DNA of 64,000 bases from an uncultured Cytophagales bacterium (GTDB lineage Bacteria > Bacteroidota > Bacteroidia > Cytophagales > Cyclobacteriaceae). Below, one piece after another: positions 21,367-33,010 of this stretch. Location: NCBI GenBank assembly GCA_963832285.1, contig CAWHTP010000007.1, forward strand, positions 43,998-107,997. Reading direction: 5' to 3'. Position numbers and translations under genes: made by a program. Positions within the stretch are counted from its first letter, which is position 1, and every line of letters starts with the position of its first letter. The notes under the pieces were generated by a model, which worked only from the letters and a program-made list of their open reading frames with translations, had not been told where the DNA came from and searched no databases.

Positions 21367-23649
21367 ATGTCTAAAAAGATTAGAAGAATAGATGCATTAA
21401 ATTACCACATGCAGGGTGTACCCGGAAAAATTGAAGTGGTACCTACAAAATTATTAAGCTCTCAATACGACCTTGCTTTGGCCTATTCTCCCGGAGTGGC
21501 AGAACCTTGTAAAGAGATTGAAAAAGATAAAGAAAACAGCTATAAATATACCGCCAAAGGCAATTTGGTGGGCGTAATCACCAACGGAACAGCTGTGTTA
21601 GGGTTAGGCGATATTGGTCCGGAGGCCTCTAAGCCGGTAATGGAAGGTAAGGGCGTTTTATTCAAAAAATTTGCAGGAATTGATGTTTTTGATATTGAAA
21701 TAGAAGAGAGAGACCCTAAGAAGCTGATAGAAATCATTAAATCTCTTGAGCCTACTTTTGGAGGTATAAACCTGGAAGACATCAAAGCACCTGAGTGCTT
21801 TGAGGTTGAGCAGGAGCTAAAAAAGCAGATGAACATTCCTGTAATGCATGACGACCAGCACGGAACAGCCATCATATCCAGTGCGGCATTGCTCAACGCG
21901 TTGGAAATTACCGGAAAGAAGATTGAGACGATAAAATTGGTGGTAAGCGGTGCCGGGGCATCTGCTATTTCATGCACCAAATTGTACCATTCGCTGGGGC
22001 TTAAAAAAGCAAACATTTATATGTTCGATCGTTCCGGACTTATTTCAAAAGATAGAAAAGACCTGGATGAAAATAGAGCAATTTTCGCTCAAAAATCCAG
22101 TAAAGGTATAAATGATATTATAGATGCCATGAAAGGTGCCGATGTTTTTTTGGGCCTCTCAGCAGGAAATGTTATAGGGCAAGAGCACATAAAAGTTATG
22201 GCTGATAAGCCTATCGTTTTTGCTTTGGCAAATCCCGATCCGGAAATTCCTTATGACCTGGCCATGGCAGCCAGAAAAGACATTATTATGGCAACGGGCA
22301 GGTCAGACCATCCTAATCAGGTAAATAATGTACTCGGCTTCCCCTACATATTTAGAGGTGCGTTAGATGTACGAGCCACTGCTATAAACGAGGAAATGAA
22401 AATGGCGGCAGTTTATGCTATTGCTGATTTAGCGAAACAGCCTGTTCCGGAACTCGTAAATAAAGCTTACGATGACCAGCGCATTGTTTTTGGCGAAGAA
22501 TACCTGATCCCTAAGCCGCTCGACCCAAGGTTAATAACAACCATTTCACCTGCTGTGGCTAAAGCTGCCATTGAATCGGGTGTGGCCAAGACAAAAATTA
22601 CTGACTGGGTCCAATATGAGGTGGACCTTCAAAAAAGAATTGGTGTTGATCATAAATTGATGAGCAGAATTCTTGCGAAGGCCAAAAAAGACCCGAAACG
22701 TGTTGTTTTTGCGGAGGCAGACAATGTTAAAATACTAAAAGCAGCTCAAACAGTTATTGATGAAGGCATAGCCATCCCAATTTTATTAGGTAACAAAGCA
22801 AGAATTGAGAAACTGATTAAAGAGAATCAACTGGATATTCAAGATTGTGAAATTATAGATACGTTTACTGAAGATATTAGGCGTGAAGAATTTGGTAGCC
22901 TATATTACGAAAAGAGAAAGAGAAAAGGGGTAACGCAATATGATGCCGTGAAATTGATGCGCGATAGAAATTACTATGGCAGCATGATGGTTGAAGTAGG
23001 CGATGCGGATGCTATGATCTCCGGCCTTACAAAAGATTACCCAAAAACGGTAAAGCCGGCTTTGGAAATTATTGGCCCTGAGCCCGGTAAAAGAGTAGCC
23101 GGTATGTATATTCTTTTTACTACCAAAGGTACTTTTATCTTTTCAGATACAACAGTGAACACAAATCCGAGTGTTGAGCAATTAGTGGACATTATCGGTC
23201 TAACAGCGCGCGGAGCCAAGTTCTTCGGGCTGGAACCACGCATGGCCATGTTGTCATATTCCAATTTTGGCTCTAGTAAAGGGCAGGTGCCTATTAAGGT
23301 AGCCAAAGCTACCGAATTAGCTAAAGAACGTTGGCCCGGCTTAATTATAGATGGCGACATTCAAGCTAACATAGCCGTTAATAAAGAACTATTGCAAGAA
23401 ACGTATCCTTTTAGTGAATTAGCAGAGAAAGGAGCCAATACTTTTATTTTCCCAAATCTTGAATCGGGCAATATTGCCTACAAGCTATTAATGGAAATTG
23501 GTAATGCGGAAGCCATAGGTCCTATTTTATTAGGCATGGACAAGCCGGTTCACATATTGCAATTAGGTAGCTCAGTAAGGGAAATTATTAATATGGTCTC
23601 CATTGCGGTGGTAGATGCACAAATAAAGAATAATGAAATTAGCCTATGA
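21367..23649 (+). CDS. maeB: NADP-dependent malic enzyme (malic enzyme plus phosphotransacetylase-like domain)
   Basis: 760 aa. N-terminus LALAYSPGVAEPC...GTAVLGLGDIGP...HDDQHGTA, and a C-terminal PTA-like domain. Confidence 0.9.
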   Translation: MSKKIRRIDALNYHMQGVPGKIEVVPTKLLSSQYDLALAYSPGVAEPCKEIEKDKENSYKYTAKGNLVGVITNGTAVLGLGDIGPEASKPVMEGKGVLFKKFAGIDVFDIEIEERDPKKLIEIIKSLEPTFGGINLEDIKAPECFEVEQELKKQMNIPVMHDDQHGTAIISSAALLNALEITGKKIETIKLVVSGAGASAISCTKLYHSLGLKKANIYMFDRSGLISKDRKDLDENRAIFAQKSSKGINDIIDAMKGADVFLGLSAGNVIGQEHIKVMADKPIVFALANPDPEIPYDLAMAARKDIIMATGRSDHPNQVNNVLGFPYIFRGALDVRATAINEEMKMAAVYAIADLAKQPVPELVNKAYDDQRIVFGEEYLIPKPLDPRLITTISPAVAKAAIESGVAKTKITDWVQYEVDLQKRIGVDHKLMSRILAKAKKDPKRVVFAEADNVKILKAAQTVIDEGIAIPILLGNKARIEKLIKENQLDIQDCEIIDTFTEDIRREEFGSLYYEKRKRKGVTQYDAVKLMRDRNYYGSMMVEVGDADAMISGLTKDYPKTVKPALEIIGPEPGKRVAGMYILFTTKGTFIFSDTTVNTNPSVEQLVDIIGLTARGAKFFGLEPRMAMLSYSNFGSSKGQVPIKVAKATELAKERWPGLIIDGDIQANIAVNKELLQETYPFSELAEKGANTFIFPNLESGNIAYKLLMEIGNAEAIGPILLGMDKPVHILQLGSSVREIINMVSIAVVDAQIKNNEISL

Positions 23650-24239
23650 TAGCCTACTTAAAAGGAGAAATTCAGACGCTTGAGGCTACATATTTAGTCA
23701 TTGATGTAAACGGATTGGGTTATCATGTGAATATACCACTTTCTGCTTTTGATGCCTTTAAAGGGCAAAAAACTGCAATGGTTTTAACGCATCTTCATAT
23801 CAAGGAAGATGCGCACACTTTATACGGTTTTCAGTCAGCGCTTGAAAAGGCTGTTTTTTTGGACTTAATAGGTATTTCCGGCATTGGCCCATCTACCGCT
23901 TTAGGCATGCTTTCCGCTATGGATCCTAACGAAATTAAGCGTGCTATTGTGGCGGAAAATGTAAAGCAGATACAATCGATAAAAGGCATTGGAGCCAAAA
24001 CTGCTCAGCGGGTAATTTTAGAGCTGAAGGATAAATTTAAAAAAGACGAATTAATAGGCGATTCAGTAGTATCTTCAGGTAACTCAAACAATAGCCTCAA
24101 GAAAGAAGCGTTATCTGCTTTAATTAATCTGGGCTTTGCCAAGAACTCCGCAGAAAAAGTAGTTGATAAGATTTTGCAAAAGGGAAGCGAAAATTTATCT
24201 TTGGAGGAGTTGATCAAACAAGCCCTAAAGTCAGCCTAA
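23646..24239 (+). CDS. ruvA: Holliday junction branch migration protein RuvA
   Basis: MIAYLKGEI...GLGYHVNIPLS, helix-hairpin-helix GIGPSTAL / GIGAKTAQRV. Its ATG overlaps the maeB stop. Confidence 0.9.
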   Translation: MIAYLKGEIQTLEATYLVIDVNGLGYHVNIPLSAFDAFKGQKTAMVLTHLHIKEDAHTLYGFQSALEKAVFLDLIGISGIGPSTALGMLSAMDPNEIKRAIVAENVKQIQSIKGIGAKTAQRVILELKDKFKKDELIGDSVVSSGNSNNSLKKEALSALINLGFAKNSAEKVVDKILQKGSENLSLEELIKQALKSA

Positions 24240-24252
24240 ACAACCAGTTAAT

Positions 24253-27200
24253 TTGCAGTTTAAAAGGACTAATCTTCTTTTATTTTTATTTACCGTTTTT
24301 TTCTTTTTGAGTAACGCAGCGCTCTACGGGAAAAATAACGCATACAATTTATTTTTGTTTCAGGAAGTAGCCCAAAAACAGGATACCGTCCCTAAAGATA
24401 GCACTGTAGCCGATTCGGTAAAAAATTATAAAGCCACCAAACGCCCTACATTTCAGGCACAGGATAGGTATGGCGATCCCTTTTCATCAACCCTGAGCAG
24501 AAGTCCTTTGCTGTTAGGTGATCCTGCCGGGCTCAGCCTGGATGTAGAAATAGATACCGGCCTCAACTACACCATTTATGAAAAAATTGGCGATATCAAT
24601 TATCGCCCCACCAGCTCCATGTCCTTTGAAGAGTTTTCGCGCTATCAAGACGATAAAATTCTGAGTGACTATTGGAGGGAGCGTTCTTTGGGCCTCGATG
24701 GTGAAAGTGCCGTAAGTGGCAGGTCGCTCATACCACCGCTATATGTCAGCCCGGCATTCGATCGTTTGTTCGGAGGCAGTTTCGTAGAAATTATTCCCAA
24801 TGGCTTTGTAACCCTCGATTTTGGCGGACGCTTTACCAGAAACAAAGACCCGAATCTGCCTGTAAGAGCGCAACGCTACGCAACATTTGATTTTGAGCCA
24901 CAAATTAATATGAATGCCGTGGGTAAAGTGGGCGAAAAGCTGGCGGTCACCGCTAACTTTGCCAACAACAACTCATTCGACTTTCAAAACGATTTAAAAG
25001 TTGAGTACACCGGCTATGAAGAGGAAATAATCAAGAAAATAGAAATAGGGAATGTGAGCATGCCGGTTAATAACTCACTCATAACAGGTGCGCAAAACCT
25101 GTTTGGCATTAAAACGCAATTACAATTTGGTGATTTATTTGTAACCAGTGTTGCCTCAACCCAACGGGGCACGGCTGAAACAATAACCGTATCAGGCGGG
25201 GAGGGACAACGGCAGGAGTTTGAAGTGCGCTCCTCGGATTATGATGAAAACAGACACTTTTTTTTAGGCCATTTCTTTCGTGATAATTATGAACGGTGGC
25301 TAAAAGGCTTGCCTCAATTAAATTCAGGAGTTAATGTGACACGAGTGGAAGTTTTCATCATCAACAGAACGCAGAGCACCAATACCCAACGTAGAATTGC
25401 AGCGTTTATGGATTTAGGAGAAACCAATCCTGAAAATGTTAATAAGGATGAATTTTTAATAGCGGGCCAGCAGGGGAACAGGCCAACAGATAATGAGGCC
25501 AACAGTTTGTGGTCAAGTTTACAAGCTTTCCCTAAAGGTTACGATGCTTTTGTGAATGCTATTGCTTCCATTAATCCTATGCTCACCCGAACGGTAGATT
25601 ACGAAGCGGTAAACGTTTCTAGAAAATTGGAAACTACGGAATTCACATTTAACCAGCGTTTAGGATATATAAGTTTACAGAGGCAGCTGCAGAATGATGA
25701 AATGCTGGCCGTTTCATATGAATTTTCATTTAATGGCGAGCGCCATGTAGTGGGTGAATTGTCGGAGACTTACGGGGTACGGCCGGACGACCAAGTGGCT
25801 ATTTTAAAACTACTACGGCCTTCAAAGGTAAATATTGACGTGCCTACCTGGGATTTAATGATGAAAAACATTTACAATCTGCCGGGCAACCAAATAACCC
25901 AAGAGGGTTTCCAGCTCAGAATAATTTACCGTGATGACAGAACCGGACAGGATAACCCCAGCCTGCACGAAAGCTCCTTAAGAGATGTTCCCTTGTTGAG
26001 ATTATTTAACTTAGATAGCTTAAATCAAAACAATGACCCGCAGCCGGATGGTAACTTCGATTACATTCCGGAAGCCACCATTGATGAGAATAATGGTCGC
26101 ATCATCTTTCCGGTTTTAGAGCCTTTTGGCACAAATTTGAGCGAGCTATTTTTACCGGAAGAGGAATCGTTCAGAGGAAAGTATGTCTTTAATACCTTAT
26201 ACGAATCTACCAAAAACGATGCGCAGCAGCTTACCTCTAAAGATAAATTTTTTATAAAAGGGCAGTACGCCAGTGGTTCCTCTACTGAAATAGCCTTGCC
26301 CGGCATTAACATATCACCCGAATCGGTAGTGGTAAGCTCAGGCGGCACACAGCTCACGCCAAATATTGATTACCGCGTAGACCCTAATTTAGGTAGGGTA
26401 ACCATATTAAATCAGGGTATTCTCAATTCAGGAAGAGATATTACCATCAGCTTTGAGCGAGAAGACCTCTTCAATTTTCAATCGAAAACGCTCATTGGTA
26501 CTCGTTTTGATTATATTATTAGTGATAAAATTAACTTTGGCGCTACCGTGCTAAGGCATACGCAGCGTCCATTGGGTGTTTCAAGGTATTCCATTGGCTC
26601 GGAACCTACCAACAATACCAAGTGGGGCCTGGATGTAAATTATAGTAGCGAAGTGCCTTTTTTGACAAAAGCGGTTGACTTTATTCCTTTTATTGATACA
26701 AAAGCACCTTCATCGGTTACTTTTAGAGGAGAATTTGCACAGATGATTCCCGGCACCTCCAATCAGGTTAATGGCGAAGGAGCTTCCTATATAGATGATT
26801 TTGAACAGTCGGTAACGCTCAATAATTTAGGCTCTGATGTAATGAGCTGGAACATTGCCGCAGTACCCGAAACCAACGATAACCGCTATAAAGGAACGGG
26901 GCAATATGCTGCTAACCTCAAAAGAGCCAAGCTGGCATGGTACCAAATTGAGCAGATAATTTATCAGAATAATGGGCCTAACGTGCCTGAATTAACGGAG
27001 GCCTCGCTGGAAAATCACTACTCCAGGTTTATTCCCGGTGATGAAATTTTCAAAAATAGAGACCGAAACATAGGGATATTCAGTACACCAACATTTGACA
27101 TGGCTTACTATCCGGAAGAAAGAGGCATGTATAATTATACCACCGACTTAACCACTGATGGAAAGCTGAAGAACCCGCGTGATAGTTGGGCAGGTGTTAC

Positions 27201-30200
27201 GCGCGCTATCACTTCGGAGGTAGATTTTGACAAAAGTAATATCGAGTACATTGAATTTTGGCTGTTAGATCCTTTTATTGAAACCCCCCGAGGGATAATT
27301 GATGATGGTTCGCAAGCTCCGGCCACAAATACTACCGGAGGTAAGCTTATTTTCCATCTGGGTAGTGTTTCCGAGGATGTGTTGCCCGATAATCAACTGT
27401 CATACGAAAACGGACTTCCAGAGGTTTATGAGGATGAAGTAGATATAGCCAATACGGAGTATGCTCGTGTATCTACCGATGCACCTATAAATGAAGCATT
27501 TTCAAATGAGCCCGGTGCCAGGGCCAATCAAGATGTGGGTTTGGATGGGGTAAGAAACGATTTGGAGGCGGCCTTCTTTCAGGATTTTGTGAGTGGAATT
27601 AATAGCAATGCGGCTATTTCTGCACAGGCCAAGGAGACCATACTCAGCGATCCATCAGCCGATAATTTCCAGTACTTTTTGAGTGATGCTTTTGATGCGC
27701 GGCAGGCTACCATATTAGAGCGGTATAAAAATTTCAATAATTATGAAGGAAATACGCCAATTGCTCAAATCAACCAGACTTTTAATCCATCTGGATCAAG
27801 ATTGCCTGATAGTGAGGATTTGAACAATGACAGGACAGTTGCCGTGCTGGAGGAGTACTACGAATATGAGTTGAATTTAACAAAGGATGCATTAAGCGTG
27901 GCTAATAATCCGCTTATTGTTGATGAAGCAACTGCAGCGGAAGAAGGAGTGAAATGGTATCTTTTCAGAATACCCATCAGAGAACCTACCGCCTCATTTG
28001 GAGGTATTAATGGATATAAATCTATCCGTTACATACGAACTGTCTTAACTGATTTCCAACAGCCGGCTGTGCTCCGCATGGCCGACTTTCGGTTGGTAGG
28101 CTCACAATGGCGCGAATATCAAGGCTCTTTGGCACGGGGTGGCATCTCTGAAACACCGGAAAATAAGGATGCCAACCTAACAGTTTCGGTTGTGAGCATA
28201 GAAGCTAACTCTGAAAGTGGCGAGGGCAAAGTGCCTTATGTACTTCCACCGGGCATACAGCGCGATCAGGATATATCTGCCGCTGCCAATCAGGTAAGGC
28301 AAAATGAGCAATCAATACAGCTCTGTGTAGATGACTTTGAGGATGACGAGGCGGTGGCAGCCTTCAAAAATGTGAACTTAGATTTAGTGAATTACGGTAG
28401 GCTCAAAATGTTTTTACATGCCCAAAGTCCAAATGCCACGGACGATGAAGTGGTGGCTTTTGTAAGAATGGGAACTGATTTTGACGATAATTATTACGAA
28501 ATAGAGCTACCACTGAAAATTACTCCTTACCAATCGATAGATCCTACCGTTATTTGGCCTGAAGAAAATGAGATAAGCGTGGCCTTTGATCAGCTGTATC
28601 AGCTAAAATCCAGAAGAAATCGCACGTTGGGAACCAATAATGTGCTATTGCCTTATTCAGAACAATTTGGTAAGTACACGCTAACTGTAAGAGGTCGACC
28701 GGATATGAGCTCGCTCCAAACCATAATGATTGGCCTGCGGAATCCACGTGGAGGAGGTTCAGTGCCTAAAAACATTTGTATGTGGGCTAATGAAATGCGC
28801 GTTACTGATTTTGACCAAACCTCGGGCTGGGCTGCCAACGCCACCTTAAACACGCAACTGGCTGATTTTGCCAATATTACCACAAGCACGCGTTATACTT
28901 CTGTCGGGTTTGGAGGCATTGAGCAGAATATTTCCGAGCGCACGCGTGAGCGATCAACCGGCTTTGATGTCTCGGCTAATTTTAGTTTGGGTAAATTTTT
29001 CAAAGAGGAGAGTGGCATAAAAATACCCATGTATTTAGGTTATCAGACTTTTACTGCGGTACCATTCTTCGATCCTACCGACCCGGACATACCGCTAACA
29101 GCTGCACTTCAAGGTATTGAAGATCCTGAAGAGCGAGAAAATTACAGACAGATTGTTATTGAGCAAGAAAGCAGGCGCAGCATCAACTTCACTAATGTAA
29201 GGAAAGAGCGCAAGCAAACCGAGAAACTTGCCTTACCTATAGCTATTTCAAACTTTGACTTTACCTATGCTTATAGTGAAATGCTGCGAAGTAATCTGCA
29301 GACAGCCTCATTTGAGAATAGGAATTATAAGGGTGCTATAGGGTATAATTACACCTTCCCTAACGGAAGTATTGCCCCTTTCGAAACATCTGAAAAATTA
29401 ACATCTCCTTATTTCAAGATTATTAAAGATGCCAACTTTAACCCGGTGCCGGCTAGTTTTGGTTTCAGGGTAGATTTGGACAGAAGCTTTGTAAAAACAC
29501 AATTTCGCAACGATCAATTAACAACCGCAGGTATTGAACCGCAGTTTGAGAAAAGCTTTACCATGGTGCGCGCTTATAACCTAAACTGGAATCTTACTCA
29601 AAACCTAAACTTGAATTATTCTGCCAGGGCATTTGCCATTATTGATGAGCCTGCCGGGGAAATTAATACAGCGGTCGAAAATGATTCAATTTTGAACAAT
29701 TTGAGTAATTTGGGACGAATGAAATCCTTTGATCAGAGCGTGGTTACAGGCTTTTCTGTCCCTTTTAGTAAAATACCATTTACTGATTGGATAACGACCG
29801 ACCTGCGTTATAAAGTTGATTTCAATTGGACCTCCGGCTCATTAGGCCAGATAGATAGCCTTGGGCATGTGATACAAAATAGCGCAGAATATGGGGTTAA
29901 TACAGGGCTTAACATGAATAAGCTGTACAATAAGGTGAAGGTATTGAATCAGATAAACAACCCGCCACGGCTAAGAGCCGGTGAGCAGGATACCACCTTC
30001 CAAAATCCGGGTGGGCAGCTGGCAAAAGGCTTTCTCAAATTGCTCATGTCGCTGAAAAATGTGACCGGCTCTTACTCGGTAAGGGGAGGAACGCTGCTGC
30101 CGGGTTACCGTTACAGGCCTTTTCTGTTTGGTTTGGATTCCTCCTTTAACGCACCCGGACTGCCATTTGTCTTTGGCGATCAGAATGCCAACATTAGAGA

Positions 30201-31395
30201 TAGGGCTGCCGGTAATGACTGGCTCACGAAATCGGAATCACAGAATGCTTTTTTTAGTCAATCTACCGTAGAAACCATCAACCTAAAAGCCATACTAGAG
30301 CCGGCTAAAGACTTAAACGTACAGCTGGATTTCAACAGAGTAGTGAATGATAACTATCAGGAGAATTTTAGATTTGATGAGGATACCGGAGAGTTCCGAA
30401 ACCTGACCCCTTCAAGAAGTGGAAATTACGTGTTGAGCTACAGCCTTATAAATACGGCCTTTATAAAAAGTACTGAAAAGGATGCCCCACTTTTTGAGCA
30501 ATTCAGGGAAAATAGGGAGATAATACAACAGAGATTGGAGCAGTTTAATACCAACGATGAGCAGGGAGCGGAATACTTGTTAAACCAGCAAGATGTTCTC
30601 ATACCGGCCTTTCTTGCGGCCTATCGGGGTAAGAGTGCAGGCGATGTGGATTTGAACCCGTTCCCTCAAATACCGCTGCCCAATTGGCGAGTTGATTATA
30701 AAGGTTTGAGTAATGTGAAAGCCATTAAAAAGATTTTTCCTTCGGTAACCTTAAGCCATGCTTACGTATCTACCTTCAACATAAATAATTACGTAAACAA
30801 CACCACCTACGATGATCAGGGATTAATTAATCTCAATAACAATATTAGTGATTACCCGCTACCTTTTGAGTCATCGGATAGTGGCAATTACTTACCTATT
30901 TACAACATTGGGCAAGTGCTGATATCAGAAAAATTCTCACCACTTATTGGCGTTAACTTAAGAACAAAAGGCAGACTCACGGCTAAGGTGGAGTACAGGA
31001 AAGAAAGAAATTTAGCATTGAGTACCTCTACTTCCCAACTAACCGACCAGCGCAGCAATGATTTTGTATTGGACGTGGGCTTTACCGATCCTAGCTTCAA
31101 ACTCCCATTTAAGGTAAAAGGCAGGGTAGTTTCGCTAAAAAATGACCTGACCATGCAGCTTAGTGTAACGTTAAGAAATACAGAAACCATTCAAAGATCT
31201 ATTGGCGATGGGCAGAGCGATACGGTAGATGGAAACCTCAATTTTCAGCTGCGTCCTACGGTGAACTATACAGTAAATGAACAGCTTAATATCAATCTGT
31301 ACTTCCAAAGAAATTTTAACGAGCCCAAATTAACCAACTCTTTCCCTACCACAAATACAGCATTTGGGGTGCAAATACGTTTTGGGTTGCAATAA
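24253..31395 (+). CDS. sprA: cell-surface/gliding protein SprA (T9SS translocon)
   Basis: 2380-aa giant beta-barrel-type protein with an N-terminal signal. The ruvA-sprA-gcvH order is typical of Bacteroidota. Apparent TTG start. Confidence 0.85.
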   Translation: MQFKRTNLLLFLFTVFFFLSNAALYGKNNAYNLFLFQEVAQKQDTVPKDSTVADSVKNYKATKRPTFQAQDRYGDPFSSTLSRSPLLLGDPAGLSLDVEIDTGLNYTIYEKIGDINYRPTSSMSFEEFSRYQDDKILSDYWRERSLGLDGESAVSGRSLIPPLYVSPAFDRLFGGSFVEIIPNGFVTLDFGGRFTRNKDPNLPVRAQRYATFDFEPQINMNAVGKVGEKLAVTANFANNNSFDFQNDLKVEYTGYEEEIIKKIEIGNVSMPVNNSLITGAQNLFGIKTQLQFGDLFVTSVASTQRGTAETITVSGGEGQRQEFEVRSSDYDENRHFFLGHFFRDNYERWLKGLPQLNSGVNVTRVEVFIINRTQSTNTQRRIAAFMDLGETNPENVNKDEFLIAGQQGNRPTDNEANSLWSSLQAFPKGYDAFVNAIASINPMLTRTVDYEAVNVSRKLETTEFTFNQRLGYISLQRQLQNDEMLAVSYEFSFNGERHVVGELSETYGVRPDDQVAILKLLRPSKVNIDVPTWDLMMKNIYNLPGNQITQEGFQLRIIYRDDRTGQDNPSLHESSLRDVPLLRLFNLDSLNQNNDPQPDGNFDYIPEATIDENNGRIIFPVLEPFGTNLSELFLPEEESFRGKYVFNTLYESTKNDAQQLTSKDKFFIKGQYASGSSTEIALPGINISPESVVVSSGGTQLTPNIDYRVDPNLGRVTILNQGILNSGRDITISFEREDLFNFQSKTLIGTRFDYIISDKINFGATVLRHTQRPLGVSRYSIGSEPTNNTKWGLDVNYSSEVPFLTKAVDFIPFIDTKAPSSVTFRGEFAQMIPGTSNQVNGEGASYIDDFEQSVTLNNLGSDVMSWNIAAVPETNDNRYKGTGQYAANLKRAKLAWYQIEQIIYQNNGPNVPELTEASLENHYSRFIPGDEIFKNRDRNIGIFSTPTFDMAYYPEERGMYNYTTDLTTDGKLKNPRDSWAGVTRAITSEVDFDKSNIEYIEFWLLDPFIETPRGIIDDGSQAPATNTTGGKLIFHLGSVSEDVLPDNQLSYENGLPEVYEDEVDIANTEYARVSTDAPINEAFSNEPGARANQDVGLDGVRNDLEAAFFQDFVSGINSNAAISAQAKETILSDPSADNFQYFLSDAFDARQATILERYKNFNNYEGNTPIAQINQTFNPSGSRLPDSEDLNNDRTVAVLEEYYEYELNLTKDALSVANNPLIVDEATAAEEGVKWYLFRIPIREPTASFGGINGYKSIRYIRTVLTDFQQPAVLRMADFRLVGSQWREYQGSLARGGISETPENKDANLTVSVVSIEANSESGEGKVPYVLPPGIQRDQDISAAANQVRQNEQSIQLCVDDFEDDEAVAAFKNVNLDLVNYGRLKMFLHAQSPNATDDEVVAFVRMGTDFDDNYYEIELPLKITPYQSIDPTVIWPEENEISVAFDQLYQLKSRRNRTLGTNNVLLPYSEQFGKYTLTVRGRPDMSSLQTIMIGLRNPRGGGSVPKNICMWANEMRVTDFDQTSGWAANATLNTQLADFANITTSTRYTSVGFGGIEQNISERTRERSTGFDVSANFSLGKFFKEESGIKIPMYLGYQTFTAVPFFDPTDPDIPLTAALQGIEDPEERENYRQIVIEQESRRSINFTNVRKERKQTEKLALPIAISNFDFTYAYSEMLRSNLQTASFENRNYKGAIGYNYTFPNGSIAPFETSEKLTSPYFKIIKDANFNPVPASFGFRVDLDRSFVKTQFRNDQLTTAGIEPQFEKSFTMVRAYNLNWNLTQNLNLNYSARAFAIIDEPAGEINTAVENDSILNNLSNLGRMKSFDQSVVTGFSVPFSKIPFTDWITTDLRYKVDFNWTSGSLGQIDSLGHVIQNSAEYGVNTGLNMNKLYNKVKVLNQINNPPRLRAGEQDTTFQNPGGQLAKGFLKLLMSLKNVTGSYSVRGGTLLPGYRYRPFLFGLDSSFNAPGLPFVFGDQNANIRDRAAGNDWLTKSESQNAFFSQSTVETINLKAILEPAKDLNVQLDFNRVVNDNYQENFRFDEDTGEFRNLTPSRSGNYVLSYSLINTAFIKSTEKDAPLFEQFRENREIIQQRLEQFNTNDEQGAEYLLNQQDVLIPAFLAAYRGKSAGDVDLNPFPQIPLPNWRVDYKGLSNVKAIKKIFPSVTLSHAYVSTFNINNYVNNTTYDDQGLINLNNNISDYPLPFESSDSGNYLPIYNIGQVLISEKFSPLIGVNLRTKGRLTAKVEYRKERNLALSTSTSQLTDQRSNDFVLDVGFTDPSFKLPFKVKGRVVSLKNDLTMQLSVTLRNTETIQRSIGDGQSDTVDGNLNFQLRPTVNYTVNEQLNINLYFQRNFNEPKLTNSFPTTNTAFGVQIRFGLQ

Positions 31396-31481
31396 TATTT
31401 TTCCTTATCAAAAAAGCAATGTATTTTTGGCAACCTGCTAGCAGGAAACTTTAATCAATTATAAATTATTAATAGGTAGTT

Positions 31482-31862
31482 ATGAATATTCCTGGCGATT
31501 TAAAATATACAAAAGACCACGAGTGGATTAAACAGGACGGAGATATCCTCGTTGTTGGTATTACAGATTTTGCGCAACGTGAGTTGGGTGATATTGTATA
31601 CGTGGAGGTAGAAACTGTTGATGAGACCATTGAAGAGGGTGAGGTTTTTGGTACTGTGGAGGCGGTTAAAACTGTATCGGACCTATTTATGCCGGTAAGT
31701 GGCACTGTGATTGAACTTAATGAGGCGTTGGAGAGTGAGCCTGAGGTAGTTAATAATGACCCCTACGAAAAAGGCTGGATGATAAAAATTAAAACTGAGG
31801 ATATGTCTGCTTTTGACGCACTGCTTTCAGCAGATGCTTATAAAGAGCTTATCGGAGAGTAA
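31482..31862 (+). CDS. gcvH: glycine cleavage system protein H
   Basis: YTKDHEWI and the lipoyl-lysine motif VEAVKTVSD. Confidence 0.95.
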   Translation: MNIPGDLKYTKDHEWIKQDGDILVVGITDFAQRELGDIVYVEVETVDETIEEGEVFGTVEAVKTVSDLFMPVSGTVIELNEALESEPEVVNNDPYEKGWMIKIKTEDMSAFDALLSADAYKELIGE

Positions 31863-32233
31863 TGTTTCTCAGGTACAACCTGTTTGCAATAATTTGGTTA
31901 ATCATCATTATTTTATTGGGTCTAACGCCCGGTAAGTCTATGCCATTAACCGACCTTTGGGAGTTACTTAGTTTTGATAAGGCGGCTCATTTTGGGGTGT
32001 TTGCTATCTTAAGTTTTTTACTCATTATAGGCTTTTCCAAACAATATACTTATCTTTTCTATCGTTTTCATGCGGTAAAGGCATCTATTATAATCAGCCT
32101 TAGCATTGGGTTAATTATTGAGCTTTGTCAGGCTTTTATTCCTGGCCGAGGTCTCGAGATTTGGGATATGACGGCCAACACAGTAGGAGCCTTATCAGGG
32201 ATGGGGATTTTTTATTTGATATATAAAGTTTAA
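31862..32233 (+). CDS. VanZ family membrane protein
   Basis: 123 aa with four TM segments and the FDKAAHFGVF motif. Confidence 0.7.
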   Translation: MFLRYNLFAIIWLIIIILLGLTPGKSMPLTDLWELLSFDKAAHFGVFAILSFLLIIGFSKQYTYLFYRFHAVKASIIISLSIGLIIELCQAFIPGRGLEIWDMTANTVGALSGMGIFYLIYKV

Positions 32234-32314
32234 CAAATTAGTATAGTTAAGTTACATTTGAATTGGAATTTATTTCCAGATGTGATAGTTTTACTAATAT
32301 AAACATTGTGATTT

Positions 32315-32989
32315 ATGGAACTAAAGAAAAATCCGAAAGCGGATGTAAATAAACAATCAACCTTATTTTTAAATATCGGGTTGGTTATTTCATTGGGCTT
32401 AACTTTTGCTGCTTTTGAGTACAAGAGTTATGATGATGGACCTGCAATGGACTTAGGTCAGGTGGAAGATAACATGGAGGAAATAATGGAGATTCCGCCA
32501 ACGGAGCAGCCGCCACCACCACCGCCAAAGGTGCAGCTTCCTGAAATAGTGGAGATTCCTGATGAGGAAGAGATAGAAGAGGAAATTGATATTGACCTTG
32601 ATTTGGACATGTCTGAAGATACTGAGATAGCAAATATCATTTTTGACGATGATCCGGGTGAAGAAGAAGTTGATCAGATTTTTACCATTGTTGAGCAACA
32701 AGCAGAGCCTAAAGGAGGTATTCAGGCCTTTTACGATTTTGTGCAGAAGAACCTGGAGTATCCCAGACAAGCTTCCAGAATGGGCATTGAGGGTGTAGTT
32801 TATGTGCAGTTCGTAATAGAGAAAGATGGCTCTTTAACAGATGTAAAAGCCGTTAAGGGTATTGGTGGAGGTACTGATGAAGAAGCGGTTAGGGTTGTAA
32901 AATCAGCACCACAATGGAACCCCGGAAAGCAAAGAGGTAGAGCGGTACGTTCGCAGCGTGTAATTCCTATCAGATTTACGCTCAATTAG
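32315..32989 (+). CDS. energy transducer TonB
   Basis: N-terminal TM, a Pro/Glu-rich spacer (EQPPPPPPKVQLPEIVEIPDEEE) and a C-terminal domain GIEGVVYVQFVIEKDGSLTDVKAV... Confidence 0.85.
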   Translation: MELKKNPKADVNKQSTLFLNIGLVISLGLTFAAFEYKSYDDGPAMDLGQVEDNMEEIMEIPPTEQPPPPPPKVQLPEIVEIPDEEEIEEEIDIDLDLDMSEDTEIANIIFDDDPGEEEVDQIFTIVEQQAEPKGGIQAFYDFVQKNLEYPRQASRMGIEGVVYVQFVIEKDGSLTDVKAVKGIGGGTDEEAVRVVKSAPQWNPGKQRGRAVRSQRVIPIRFTLN

Positions 32990-33010
32990 AATAGCTTTAG
33001 ATTGATATTG

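Noticed and set aside
31396-31481. Glycine riboswitch upstream of gcvH
   Set aside because: The spacer is only 86 nt, with one small CCTGC-TA-GCAGG palindrome and no glycine-aptamer core.
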